32,000 nucleotides of DNA, taken from Deinococcus radiodurans R1 = ATCC 13939 = DSM 20539. Lineage in GTDB: Bacteria; Deinococcota; Deinococci; Deinococcales; Deinococcaceae. The translations under genes and the position numbers were made by a program. Positions 21,300 through 32,000 of the stretch are shown piece by piece. Position 1 is the stretch's first letter. Each line of letters begins with the position of its first letter. The stretch covers positions 1,664,676 to 1,696,675 of the forward strand of contig NC_001263.1 of NCBI RefSeq assembly GCF_000008565.1, written 5' to 3'. The notes under the pieces were generated by a model, which ran no database searches, was not told the DNA's origin, and saw nothing but the letters and a program-made list of their open reading frames with translations.

Positions 21300-22313
21300 A
21301 TGGAGACGCCCCTTCCCCACCTGCCCGGCGTGGACTTCCGGCCCGCCGCGCCCGACGATTTGCCGCAACTCGCCGCACTTTTGAACGCGGCGCACCCGCA
21401 GTCGCCCACGACGCCCGAAGACATCCGGCGCCTGGATGCTCTGCGGCAGCCCGGCGAGGCGTTTGGGCGCACCCTGGCCCTGCGCGGCGGCGAACTCGTC
21501 GGCCTGGCGGAAACGGCGGTGCCACGCTCCGAGAACTACCCCGGCTGGTTTCTCGTCGAGGTGGCCGTGCAACCGGGAGAATGGGATGGCCCCCTGCCCG
21601 CCACGTTGCTGTGGCACGCCGAGGCGTTTGCCCTCGCGCACGGCGGCCACACGCTGCTGACGCGGGTGAAGGAAAGCTGGCCGGAGAAGAGGCTGTACGA
21701 GGCGCACGGGTACGCCGAGCATGACCGGCTGTGGAATAGTGTGCTGGACCTGCGGACGCTCGATTTCGGACTCTTCCCCGCGCCGGAAAGGACGGCAGCG
21801 GCGGCGGGCGTAACCATTCGCACCCTGAGTGAGCTGGGCGGGCTGGACACCGAAGCGCAGCAGCGCAAACTCTACGCGCTGTTTCACGCCCTGCTGAGCG
21901 ACGTGCCGAGCGCCACGCCGATCAAAGTTTGGCCCTTCGAGCTCTGGCAACAGCGCTACGTGCCTCACCTGAAGCACCCCGAAGGCGTGTTCCTGGCCGT
22001 GACCCCGGACGATAAGTGGGCCGGCCTGACCGAGTTGCATACCCCACGCGCCGCGCAGCCGCAGATGCTGCAAAACGGCCTGACCGGGGTGCGCCGCGAG
22101 TGGCGGGGGCGCGGGCTGGGGCTGGCGCTCAAGCTGGTCGCCGCCCGCGCCGGGCTGGAACGGGGCTTTACCCACGCCCGCACCAATAATCACAGCGTGA
22201 ACCGGCCCATGCTGGGTATCAACGAGACGCTGGGCTTCATGCGCGACGAAGCGACGGTGACGCTGAAACGCGAAGCTCCGCCGCTCACTGTTCAAGCACC
22301 GCACAACGGTTAA
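21300..22313 (+). CDS. GNAT-family N-acetyltransferase, two GNAT-like halves
   Basis: ATG at residue 32 of ORF 21207-22313. Acetyl-CoA motif A in the C-terminal half (VRREWRGRGLGLALK). The N-terminal half is GNAT-like (LYEAHGY). Confidence 0.7.
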   Translation: METPLPHLPGVDFRPAAPDDLPQLAALLNAAHPQSPTTPEDIRRLDALRQPGEAFGRTLALRGGELVGLAETAVPRSENYPGWFLVEVAVQPGEWDGPLPATLLWHAEAFALAHGGHTLLTRVKESWPEKRLYEAHGYAEHDRLWNSVLDLRTLDFGLFPAPERTAAAAGVTIRTLSELGGLDTEAQQRKLYALFHALLSDVPSATPIKVWPFELWQQRYVPHLKHPEGVFLAVTPDDKWAGLTELHTPRAAQPQMLQNGLTGVRREWRGRGLGLALKLVAARAGLERGFTHARTNNHSVNRPMLGINETLGFMRDEATVTLKREAPPLTVQAPHNG

Positions 22314-22402
22314 GAAGCTCTGCATTGCACTGTCCCCCCACTGGGTGCTAGGCAGACACATCGTCAGCCGCCTACACTGTCGCCCAGCCTGTGGAGGCGA
22401 CC

Positions 22403-22696
22403 TTGCAACCCCCTGTCCCCGAAATCCTGAAAGTCTCTGCCGATTCGCGTCCTCATTCGGTGGCCGGTGCCATCGCCGCGCTGCTGCGCTCGCAGGGGCG
22501 GGTGGAGGTGCAGGCCATCGGCCCGGCGGCGGTCAACCAGGCGGTCAAGGCGCTCGCCATCGCACGGGGCTACCTCACCGAGGACGGCCTCGACCTCAGC
22601 ACCCAGCCGGCCTTCGTCAAACTCGAAGTCGAGCAGGAGGAGCGCACCGCCATCAAGCTCGGGGTCTACGCCTACCGCCTGACGGACGTACAGTAA
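22403..22696 (+). CDS. spoVS: SpoVS-family protein (stage V sporulation protein S homologue)
   Basis: ILKVSADSRPHSVAGAIAALLR..VEVQAIGPAAVNQAVKALAIARGY..EERTAIKL closely parallels Bacillus SpoVS as I remember it. GGAGG (22393-22397) is 5 nt before TTG 22403. GTG 22391 is an alternative start. Confidence 0.85.
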   Translation: MQPPVPEILKVSADSRPHSVAGAIAALLRSQGRVEVQAIGPAAVNQAVKALAIARGYLTEDGLDLSTQPAFVKLEVEQEERTAIKLGVYAYRLTDVQ

Positions 22697-22707
22697 AAGG
22701 CACAAAA

Positions 22708-22745
22708 ACCGCCCGGAGCCGCTGCTTTGGCGGTCTCCGGGCGGT
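22708..22745. terminator. long GC-rich hairpin between convergent spoVS and tdh (U tract only on the minus-strand side)
   Basis: ACCGCCCGGAGCCGC (22708-22722) pairs with GCGG-T-CTCCGGGCGGT (22730-22745). AAAAA upstream gives a T tract on the minus strand. Confidence 0.65.
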
Positions 22746-22757
22746 CTGCCTCCAAGC

Positions 22758-23804
<1,047 letters not shown>

Positions 23805-24046
23805 CCGGGCAGGGGTGGGGGCGGTGGTCGTGGTCGGGCTGGAAGTTGCGGTCGAGCTGGGAGAAGTCACGACTTCACGTTGTACGCTGCTCGCCCGCCC
23901 GGCTGCAAGCGGCGCGGGGGTGGCCGGAGTCCCGACCGGCTGGACAGCGTGAAAGTCCCATCAGAAGGGCAGCATCAGTGAAGACTTGAACACTTCCATA
24001 AGCCGCCCTGCGCCCGTCCTCCCTGCCGAGCGCTTAGGCTGGAGGC

Positions 24047-24187
24047 ATGATCAAGTACCGTAAGCAAAACGCTCTGGAGCCCGAGAAAGACGCCGAGATC
24101 ACCCTCAACTTGACCCCGCTGCTGTTTTTCACAGTCGGCTACGTCGCCATGAAGGCGCTGCTGGGCAGCGTGCGCCGCCTGAGCTGA
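24047..24187 (+). CDS. unlisted small ORF, 46-aa single-pass membrane protein
   Basis: CTGGAGGC precedes the ATG. Product MIKYRKQNALEPEKDAEITLNLTPLLFFTVGYVAMKALLGSVRRLS. Third codon positions are mostly G/C. The same SD-to-ATG spacing is used by the genes at 1697 and 13716. Confidence 0.45.
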   Translation: MIKYRKQNALEPEKDAEITLNLTPLLFFTVGYVAMKALLGSVRRLS

Positions 24188-24281
24188 GCGGCTCCCCTCC
24201 CCCGGCGGCCCCATTTCGTGCTGAAGCGGGCCGCTTCCTGCTGTCTGTCTCCTGACAGGCGGGTGCGCTAAGGTGTGCTTT

Positions 24282-24734
24282 ATGACCAATCCTCCTCAGA
24301 CTCCGCAGCAGCCGCAGCAGTTCAAGAGCGTGCAGAGCAACCGTTTCGTGGTCCCCGGCTGGACCGGACTGGTCCCCGGCAAGCCCGATACCATCGAAAT
24401 TCAGTTCGACGTGGACCCCGGCGACCTGAAGCGCGAGAACGGCTGCCTCCTCATCGAGTACTGGGCCACCCCCGACGACCTGACCCTTCAGAGCGTGCTG
24501 CCGATTCGCGCCTTCAACACCGCCAAGGAAGAAGGCGCCGGCTGGTGCGTGTTCGTGCCCGCGCAGGGCCGCGTGCTGGTGCGCGCGCTCGACCCCCAGC
24601 CCAACCCCCCGATTCTGGCGAGTCACTGGATCAACGTGGACCCCGAAACGGTCCCCGGCACCACGGTCAACGTGAACGTCAACTTCCCCGACCCCCAGCC
24701 CACGACCAGCCAGAACCTGCAACTCAACAGCTGA
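24282..24734 (+). CDS. hypothetical protein (Pro/Gln-rich N-terminus)
   Basis: ATG at residue 4 of ORF 24273-24734. TAAGGT (24269-24274) is 7 nt upstream of the ATG. No family recognised. Confidence 0.55.
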   Translation: MTNPPQTPQQPQQFKSVQSNRFVVPGWTGLVPGKPDTIEIQFDVDPGDLKRENGCLLIEYWATPDDLTLQSVLPIRAFNTAKEEGAGWCVFVPAQGRVLVRALDPQPNPPILASHWINVDPETVPGTTVNVNVNFPDPQPTTSQNLQLNS

Positions 24735-24749
24735 AGTTCCTCTGAACTG

Positions 24750-24778
24750 ACCGCCGCCCCGCCTGTGGGCGGTTTTTT
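24750..24778 (+). terminator. intrinsic terminator
   Basis: ACCGCC (24750-24755) pairs with GGCGGT (24768-24773), followed by a T6 run (24773-24778). The T run overlaps the stop codon of the convergent mqnB gene. Confidence 0.65.
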
Positions 24779-25430
24779 ATTGCTTCCCAACCCCCAGCAT
24801 CACTTCTAGCCCGCGCCGGGTGGCCGCCAGTGCCTCGCCGATGCGCCAGCTCGCGCGGTCACGCGGGCCGACGGCGTTGCTGACGCCGCGCAGTTCCAGG
24901 GCGGGCACCCCAGCAAGCAGGGCAGCGTGGGCAACCCCGGCGCCTTCCATCCCCTCGGTCAGCGCGCCGGGAAAGCGAGTTTCCCAGGTCACGGCCTCGG
25001 TAGCACTGGCGGTCACAGTGGAGAGGGTCAGCATAGGCCCAAAGGCCGCTCCCGCACGCTGGGCCAGGTCGGCGGCGCCCTTCCAGGCGGCAAAGTGCCC
25101 AAAGTGGGCCGCGTCTGGGCGCACGCTCAGGCCCAGGTCTTCCAGCCCCAGCCAGGTCGCGCCGTCCTGGGTGCCGAGGTCGGCCTGGATGAGGTCGCTC
25201 GACACAGCGAGGGCGCCCGGCCCCAACCCGCTGCCCGGATATGCCCCAGCGATGCCCGCACTTACGGCGAGGTCGTAGGACCCGGCCTGGAGTGCCGCCG
25301 CTGTTGCCAGAGCCGCCGCGACTGGTCCTACCCCGCTGACGACCACCTCGGCAGGCAAATCGCGCAGGCGCTCGGCCTCGGCAGTGGTAGCAACGACGAT
25401 GAGGACGCGGCGGGGCAGGGAAAAAGGCAT
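24777..25430 (-). CDS. mqnB: futalosine hydrolase-like nucleosidase (PNP_UDP_1 fold, menaquinone futalosine pathway)
   Basis: 217 aa, short nucleosidase pattern (LIVVATTAEA, SGVGPVAAA, SAGIAGAY, EGMEGAGVAHAA). Confidence 0.6.
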   Translation of the reverse strand: MPFSLPRRVLIVVATTAEAERLRDLPAEVVVSGVGPVAAALATAAALQAGSYDLAVSAGIAGAYPGSGLGPGALAVSSDLIQADLGTQDGATWLGLEDLGLSVRPDAAHFGHFAAWKGAADLAQRAGAAFGPMLTLSTVTASATEAVTWETRFPGALTEGMEGAGVAHAALLAGVPALELRGVSNAVGPRDRASWRIGEALAATRRGLEVMLGVGKQ

Positions 25431-25496
25431 GGGCGCAGGGTGCCACGCGGCAGGCCGGTTGCCAAGCGCGGACCCACGTCAAGCTCGGGCAGGGGC

Positions 25497-25502
25497 TACA
25501 CT
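25497..25502 (+). promoter_or_regulatory. -10 box TACACT, 8 nt upstream of the ATG at 25511 (leaderless-type promoter)
   Basis: GCTACACTCTGGGGTGATG. No Shine-Dalgarno sequence. Confidence 0.4.
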
Positions 25503-25510
25503 CTGGGGTG

Positions 25511-25966
25511 ATGTTGCTGTCTGCCGTTTATCTGGTCATTACCGCTCTGGCCGTGCTGCTCCTGCTCGCTTTTTTGCTGCGGGGCGGCGTGGCGCGGCCC
25601 ATGACGGTGTGGGGCCTGTCGGCGCTGCTGCCGCTGCTTGCCGCGCTCAGTGTGGCCCTGACCAGCCAGGCGCGGGCCACCCAGACCCTGGCGTCGTACC
25701 ACCCGCAAAGTGTGCCCGTGGTGGTCGAGACGGCGGGCGAGCAGTACGACGCGGTGCTCAGCGCCCGGCAGGCGGCCTGCCTCGAACGCGCCAAGCGCTT
25801 GCAGATCGACACCGATTTCCGCGCCGAAAAAGACAGCGAGCCGATTCCCCTGCGGAAAGGGTCGCAGGTGACCGGCGAGCTGCCCACTCAGGCGGTGGTC
25901 GAGGCCCTCGGGGTGAAAGGCCAGTTGAACTGCCCCGAGTTCCGGCATGTGGTGACGAAGAAATAA
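25511..25966 (+). CDS. hypothetical membrane protein
   Basis: Two N-terminal hydrophobic helices (LLSAVYLVITALAVLLLLAFLL, VWGLSALLPLLAALSVAL). GTG 25508 is an alternative start. Confidence 0.5.
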   Translation: MLLSAVYLVITALAVLLLLAFLLRGGVARPMTVWGLSALLPLLAALSVALTSQARATQTLASYHPQSVPVVVETAGEQYDAVLSARQAACLERAKRLQIDTDFRAEKDSEPIPLRKGSQVTGELPTQAVVEALGVKGQLNCPEFRHVVTKK

Positions 25967-26051
25967 CGGGAGACCGTCCGGTGGCCCTGACTACAGGGGT
26001 CTTTACCCGGGATGCAGACCCCCAGGCCATCTCCCCTCACCTCTCCCATCC

Positions 26052-26711
26052 TTATTCCCCCAGATACCGCCGCAGCTCGTCGATGGAGTGCCCGGTGCCG
26101 ATGACCACCAGTTTGTCGTGGGCGCGCAGCTCGTCCTCGGCGCGGGGGGTGACTTCCACATTCCCGTTGCGGCTGACCGCGATGACCTGCACACCAAAGC
26201 GGCCCGTGAGGTTGAGTTCGCGCAGGGTGCCGCGCAGTCGCTCGTTGGCCTCGATTTCGACGATGGCGTGGTCGCTGCCGAGGTCGAGCGTGTCCACGAT
26301 GTTGGGGGTGGCGATCTGCCTGGCGAGGCGCACGCCCATGTCGTGCTCGGGCCGGATGATCAGGTCGGCGCCGAGGCGCTCGAGCACGCGCCGGGCCATT
26401 TCGTCGATCGCTTTGGTCACCACGTAGGGCGCGCCGAGGCTTTTGGCGTTCATGGTCGCCAGGATGTTGGCCTGCACGTCGGTGCCGATGGCGACGACCA
26501 CCACGTCGAAATCGCCCACCCCGATGGCACGCAGCGCCCGTTCCTCGGTGGCGTCCACGATGGCGGCGTGGGTCACCAGGTTCATGACCCGCTCGACATT
26601 TTCCTCGGTGCGGTCGATGGCGACGACCTCATGGCCCATCTCGTACAGGGTGGTGGCGACAGCGGTGCCAAAGCGGCCCAGGCCGATGACGAGGCACTGT
26701 TTAATCTTCAT
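26052..26711 (-). CDS. trkA: K+ uptake system NAD-binding (RCK) subunit TrkA/KtrA
   Basis: ATG at residue 8 of ORF 26052-26732. Rossmann motif VIGLGRFG followed by an RCK_C-like C-terminal half. Confidence 0.88.
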   Translation of the reverse strand: MKIKQCLVIGLGRFGTAVATTLYEMGHEVVAIDRTEENVERVMNLVTHAAIVDATEERALRAIGVGDFDVVVVAIGTDVQANILATMNAKSLGAPYVVTKAIDEMARRVLERLGADLIIRPEHDMGVRLARQIATPNIVDTLDLGSDHAIVEIEANERLRGTLRELNLTGRFGVQVIAVSRNGNVEVTPRAEDELRAHDKLVVIGTGHSIDELRRYLGE

Positions 26712-26740
26712 CGGGCTGAGTGTAGAGCACACTCACCGCG

Positions 26741-28117
<1,377 letters not shown>

Positions 28118-28130
28118 GGCCGCGCCGCCT

Positions 28131-29564
28131 TCACCCGATCAGGATGTCCCGGTCTGCCGGGTAGCGGGTAAGCATCTTTTCGGACGCCGGACGGCTGAAC
28201 GCCACCGCGAAAGTCAATGGCCCGATGCGCCCCAGGAACATCAGCGCGATGAGGACGGCTTCCTGCGCGGTGTTGAGCAGCGGCGTGGTGTTCATGCTCA
28301 GGCCCGCCGTGCCGAAGGCACTGACCGTCTCGAAAAAGAGTTGCAAGAACAGCACCTTCTTGTTGGTGTTGAGCAGCAGCATCAGCATGAAGCCCGCCGT
28401 GACCAGCCCCATGCTCAGCAGCCCCACCGTCATGGCACGCAGAAGCGTCTCGGTGTCGATGCGGCGGTCAAAAAGCGTGGTGTCGCGCCGCCCGCGCACC
28501 ATGCTCCACGCCGAGGCGACGATGACGTAAAAGGTGTTCGTCTTGATGCCGCCGCCCGTAGAGCCGGGGTTGGCCCCGATGAACATCCACACGATGGTCA
28601 TGAACAGCGCCGGAAAGCCCATCAGCCCGTAGTCGAGGGTGTTGAAGCCCGCCGTGCGCGGCGTCACGCTCTGAAACCACGATGCGAGCAGCTTGCCGTG
28701 CAGCGGCAGCGGCGCGAGCGTCCCCGGGTTGTTCCACTCGGTCAGGGCGAAAAACACGGTGCCGACCACCAGCAGCACGCCCGTCATGGTCAGTGAGAGC
28801 CGGGTATTCGTGCTCAGGCGGTTGCGGCGGCGGTCGCGCAGCCAGCCGAGCAGGTTGAGCTGCACCAGAAACCCCATGCCGCCGAAAATGATCAGCAGCG
28901 TGACCACCATGTTGATGAGCGGGTCGGACACGAAGCCCGTCAGGTTGGTGGAATAGAGGCTGAAACCCGCGTTGTTGAACGAGCTGATGGAGTGAAAAAT
29001 GGCGTAGTAGATGCCGCGCAGTACGCCCTCACGCGGAATGAATGCGGGCAGCAGCAGCAGCGCCCCGAGGCCCTCAAACAGCAGCGAGGTCAGCACAATG
29101 GAGCGCACCAGCGAGGTCGCGCTGCCCAGGCTGGTCGCACTCACCTGCTGCTGCGCGTTGATGCGCCCGATGACTCCCAGCCGCCGCCGCAGCGCGAGCG
29201 CGAACAGCGTGCCGAGCGTAATGATGCCCAGCCCGCCCACCTGAATCAGCAGCAGCATGACGCTCTCGCCGAACACGTTGAAGGTGCTGCCGGGGTCCAC
29301 CACCGCCAGCCCGGTCACGCACACGCAGCTCGTCGCCATGAAAAGGGCCTGGATAAAGGTGATGGACTTGCCCGCCTCGTGCGCGAACGGCAGCCACAAC
29401 AGCACGGCCCCGATGAGAATGGCGGCGGCAAAGGTCAGCGCGATGAGTTGTGGGGGCCGCAGGCGCGAGGTCCAGGGGCGGCGGGTTTCCGCCGGGCGAC
29501 CCGGTCCTCTTTGGCTGGCACTCTGGGAGGCCAGATCACGCGGGGCAGGGCCAGGACGGGTCAT
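28131..29564 (-). CDS. trkH: TrkH/KtrB-family K+ transporter membrane subunit (copy 2, paralogue)
   Basis: ATG at residue 36 of ORF 28131-29669. Same motif series (TGLAVV, QVGGLGIITLG, NNAGF, GSTGGGIKTNT). Its stop lies 13 nt before the start of copy 1. Confidence 0.85.
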   Translation of the reverse strand: MTRPGPAPRDLASQSASQRGPGRPAETRRPWTSRLRPPQLIALTFAAAILIGAVLLWLPFAHEAGKSITFIQALFMATSCVCVTGLAVVDPGSTFNVFGESVMLLLIQVGGLGIITLGTLFALALRRRLGVIGRINAQQQVSATSLGSATSLVRSIVLTSLLFEGLGALLLLPAFIPREGVLRGIYYAIFHSISSFNNAGFSLYSTNLTGFVSDPLINMVVTLLIIFGGMGFLVQLNLLGWLRDRRRNRLSTNTRLSLTMTGVLLVVGTVFFALTEWNNPGTLAPLPLHGKLLASWFQSVTPRTAGFNTLDYGLMGFPALFMTIVWMFIGANPGSTGGGIKTNTFYVIVASAWSMVRGRRDTTLFDRRIDTETLLRAMTVGLLSMGLVTAGFMLMLLLNTNKKVLFLQLFFETVSAFGTAGLSMNTTPLLNTAQEAVLIALMFLGRIGPLTFAVAFSRPASEKMLTRYPADRDILIG

Positions 29565-29576
29565 AGAACGGGGCGG

Positions 29577-29585
29577 ATTGTAGCA
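29577..29585 (-). promoter_or_regulatory. extended -10 promoter TGCTACAAT, 12 nt upstream of the trkH (copy 2) ATG
   Basis: The minus strand reads GGTGCTACAATCCGCCCCGTTCTATG. Confidence 0.45.
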
Positions 29586-29629
29586 CCGCGCCGGGCCAGG
29601 GCCGCGCGGCTCACATGGACCGACCGGGC

Positions 29630-29635
29630 TATACT
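29630..29635 (+). promoter_or_regulatory. -10 box TATACT, 8 nt upstream of the ATG at 29644 (leaderless-type promoter)
   Basis: GGCTATACTGCTCCGCTATG. No Shine-Dalgarno sequence. Confidence 0.5.
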
Positions 29636-29643
29636 GCTCCGCT

Positions 29644-30762
29644 ATGCCGCGCCCCCGTTCCAACAGCAACCCCGCCTACGCCAACCGCTCGTCTGTGGGC
29701 AAAACCAGCAAAAAGAGCCGTCCCAAGGGGGACTACCGCGCCCGGCAGCCCGCGCGCGAGTACGAACTCGACGTGCTGCCGGGGCTGGAGGAGGTGGCGG
29801 CCACCGAACTTGCGGGGGTCCCGCTCGCCCGCGATGTCCGGGGCCTGCGCTTCTGGTATCCCGGCAGCCCCGAGCGGCTGACCCGGCTCCGCTCGGCGGT
29901 GGCCGTCTACCGCATCAAGTCCTGGGACGTGCCGCGCCCGCGCGGGCTGCTCGGGCACCAGCAACTCGGCGAACTCGTCAGCTACGTGCGCGAGGTGACC
30001 GAGGTGGGCGGGCACCGCTCCTTCCGCATCGGCGCGGCGGGCAAGGAGTCACCGACCATGCAGCGGCTCGCCGAGGAACTCAGCGCGGCGCTCGGCCTGC
30101 CCCACGACCCCGAGGAAGGCGAACTGCTGCTGCGGCTGCGGCCCTCGGCAGATAGGCAGGGCGCGGACGGGCAAGGCTGGGACGTGCTCGCCCGCATTAC
30201 CCCCCGGCCCCTCTCGGCGCGGGCGTGGCGCGAGTGCAACATGGGCGGGGGGCTGAACGCCACCATCGCCTACGCCATGCATAAACTCGCCGGGCAACGC
30301 GACGAGGACCGCATCTTCAACCCCATGAGCGGCAGCGGCACCCTGCTCATCGAGCGGGCGCTGCTGGGGCCGTATGCCGCGCTCGTCGGGGTGGACATCG
30401 ACCCCGTTGCCGTGGCCTGCGCCCGCACCAACCTCAGGGCGGCGGGCAAGGAAGTGGAGGTCGCGCAGGTGGACGCGCTGCACACCGGGCTGCCTTCCCG
30501 CTCCTTTGACCTCGTCATCAGTGACCTGCCGTGGGGAGACGCCATCGGCTCGCACCAGAGCAACGAGACGCTTTACCCCGCCTTCCTCAAGGAAATGCAC
30601 CGCCTGACCAGTCGCCGGGGCCGGCTGTGCCTCCTCACCCACGAACTGCGCCTGTTTGAGCGCGTCATGCGCGAGCAGAGCGACTGGGAAGCGAAGGAAC
30701 TGTTTCAGGTCTACAGCGGCGGGCACCACCCGAAGGCGTACCTGCTGCACAAGCGGGGATAG
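29644..30762 (+). CDS. class I SAM-dependent methyltransferase of the UPF0020/THUMP-associated RNA methyltransferase type
   Basis: Motif I FNPMSGSGTLLIE and motif IV SDLPWG (NPPY-like). The ~170-aa N-terminal domain has THUMP-like layout (tentative). Confidence 0.6.
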   Translation: MPRPRSNSNPAYANRSSVGKTSKKSRPKGDYRARQPAREYELDVLPGLEEVAATELAGVPLARDVRGLRFWYPGSPERLTRLRSAVAVYRIKSWDVPRPRGLLGHQQLGELVSYVREVTEVGGHRSFRIGAAGKESPTMQRLAEELSAALGLPHDPEEGELLLRLRPSADRQGADGQGWDVLARITPRPLSARAWRECNMGGGLNATIAYAMHKLAGQRDEDRIFNPMSGSGTLLIERALLGPYAALVGVDIDPVAVACARTNLRAAGKEVEVAQVDALHTGLPSRSFDLVISDLPWGDAIGSHQSNETLYPAFLKEMHRLTSRRGRLCLLTHELRLFERVMREQSDWEAKELFQVYSGGHHPKAYLLHKRG

Positions 30763-30779
30763 GATTCGCTCAAACCAAC

Positions 30780-30812
30780 AAAAAGCGCACCCCTGGCCGA
30801 GTGCGCTTTTTT
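30780..30812. terminator. bidirectional intrinsic terminator
   Basis: AAAAAGCGCAC (30780-30790) and GTGCGCTTTTTT (30801-12). A GC core stem of 7 bp is flanked by an A tract and a T tract. Confidence 0.7.
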
Positions 30813-30931
30813 GCTTTTCTATTCTCTTCGAAGTTGCTGAGGGAAGCATAGCCAGCGTCCCTGACAGCGGCATGACAGCGCGGCGAGATGAAGGGGCGCC
30901 AGCCTCACGGCCCCCACATCGAACCCGGCAC

Positions 30932-32000
30932 TCAGCGTTTCCAGCGCGCGCCGTCTTTGGTGTCTTCCACCGTGATGCCCGCCTTGCCCAGCGTTTCGCG
31001 CAGCTCGTCGGCCTCGGCGTACTGCTTTTGCAGGCGGTAGTTCTGGCGGGCTTTGAGGACCAGGTCCATCAGGGCGTCAATCACTGAGGCGTCGTCCTGG
31101 GCGACCGAAGCCGCGCTGCCTGTCTCGGCAAAGAGGCCCAGCACGTCGCCGCCGAGGCTGCGGTAGGCGTCGCGCGCGCGCTCCAGGGTATCGCGTCCCA
31201 CTGGCCCGGCATTGAGCGCGGTGTTCAGCTCGCCGGTCAGCCCGAACAGTGAGGCCACCGCTTTGGGCGTATTGAAGTCGTCGCGCATGGCGTCCTCGAA
31301 CTCGGTCACGCGGGCGGCGATTTTGCTGTCCAGCGCAGTGTCCGAGCCAGCAGGCGCGTCCTTCAAGCGGCGCTCGATTTCGTGCAGCGTTTCGCTGAGG
31401 CGGCGGTAGCCGTTCGCCGCGCTCGCAAAGGCTTCCTCGTTCATCTCGGTCACGCTGCGGTAGTGGCTGCTCACCAGCAGGAAGCGCACCACCATCGGGT
31501 CGTATTTTTTCAGGATGTCCTGAATGGTCGTGAAGTTGCCCTTGCTCTTGGACATCTTCTCGCCGCCGATGGTCAGCATGTTGTTATGCATCCAGTAGCG
31601 CGCGAAGTGGTGCCCCGCCGCCTCCGCCTGGGCAATTTCGGCCTCATGGTGGGGAAATTGCAGGTCGAGGCCACCGCCGTGAATGTCGAAGCCCTCGCCG
31701 AGGTACTTCAGGCTCATGGCCGAGCATTCGATGTGCCAGCCGGGAAACCCCACGCTCCAGGGCGAGTCCCAGCGCATCAGGTGCTCGGGCTCGGCCTTCT
31801 TCCACAGCGCGAAGTCGCGGGGGTCGCGTTTCTCGTCGCGCACGGCCTCGCGGGTGCCTTCCTCCTGGTCGTCGAGTTTGCGGCCCGAGAGCTTGCCGTA
31901 CTCGGGCCAACTCCGAACGTCGAAGTAGACGCTGCCCGCCGACTCGTAGGCGTGGCCCTTCTCGATGAGTTCCTCGATCAGCTTGATCTGCTCCTGAATG
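30932..32000 (-). CDS. cysS: cysteine--tRNA ligase, C-terminal two thirds; 5' end lies beyond the window
   Basis: KMSKS motif ([10 protein letters not shown]), [21 protein letters not shown]. The frame stays open upstream of the track start (31843) to the window end (..[17 protein letters not shown]..). Confidence 0.92.
   Translation of the reverse strand, partial: IQEQIKLIEELIEKGHAYESAGSVYFDVRSWPEYGKLSGRKLDDQEEGTREAVRDEKRDPRDFALWKKAEPEHLMRWDSPWSVGFPGWHIECSAMSLKYLGEGFDIHGGGLDLQFPHHEAEIAQAEAAGHHFARYWMHNNMLTIGGEKMSKSKGNFTTIQDILKKYDPMVVRFLLVSSHYRSVTEMNEEAFASAANGYRRLSETLHEIERRLKDAPAGSDTALDSKIAARVTEFEDAMRDDFNTPKAVASLFGLTGELNTALNAGPVGRDTLERARDAYRSLGGDVLGLFAETGSAASVAQDDASVIDALMDLVLKARQNYRLQKQYAEADELRETLGKAGITVEDTKDGARWKR

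Noticed and set aside
23805-23870. 22-codon Ser/Thr/Pro-rich N-terminal extension of tdh from GTG 23870.
   Set aside because: Homology to characterised Tdh begins exactly at ATG 23804. However, a TACAAC box 8 nt upstream of GTG 23870 keeps the long form possible, so this is recorded as an alternative rather than excluded.
29565-29643. Possible c-di-AMP (ydaO-type) or other riboswitch ahead of the trk operon.
   Set aside because: The whole divergent intergenic region is only 79 nt and is occupied by two -10 boxes. That is too short for such a leader.
30900-30931. GGGTTCGAT on the minus strand (30926-30918), resembling a tRNA T-loop, in the 169-nt gap after cysS.
   Set aside because: No complementary T-stem, acceptor stem or anticodon arm could be built around it.

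Overview
Visibly GC-rich bacterial chromosomal segment with about 30 protein genes on both strands. I recognise it as Deinococcus radiodurans-like. That call rests on the insertion sequence: its TnpA/TnpB proteins, 1736-bp length, TTGAT target and subterminal hairpins match what I know of ISDra2 (IS200/IS605 family). Backbone genes, left to right: malQ (5' partial), PduO-type adenosyltransferase, two small hypothetical envelope proteins, two tandem DinB-family genes plus a frameshifted kinase-fold gene, TagA-like glycosyltransferase, Crp/Fnr regulator, bshC (apparent 1-nt frameshift), a cluster of short intergenic repeats, an orphan polar-amino-acid ABC ATPase, and a TAXI-TRAP binding protein with its fused permease. 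Then: a lipoprotein, an NMT1/SsuA-like binding protein, comM, two unknown envelope proteins, M3 oligopeptidase, a double-GNAT acetyltransferase, a spoVS homologue, tdh, a 46-aa unlisted membrane ORF, mqnB, a trkH-trkH-trkA operon, a THUMP/UPF0020-type methyltransferase and cysS (5' partial). The stand-out system is ISDra2 (10290-12025, minus strand), which splits the TRAP permease gene precisely. Its tnpB encodes a Cas12-like RuvC/zinc-finger nuclease. The 3' end of tnpB plus the right transposon end encode a structured guide RNA (omega RNA / reRNA) that reads out into 16 nt of flanking host DNA. The cognate TTGAT motif sits at the opposite end of the element, so excision recreates motif plus target. 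This is a transposon-borne RNA-guided DNA endonuclease with no CRISPR array. Secondary observations: two frameshifted genes, many -10 boxes 7-8 nt from start codons (leaderless mRNAs), MITE-like repeats, tandem intergenic duplications and several clean intrinsic terminators. No rRNA, tRNA or CRISPR array was found. All coordinates were derived by hand and cross-checked against the ORF track. No database search or folding program was run.
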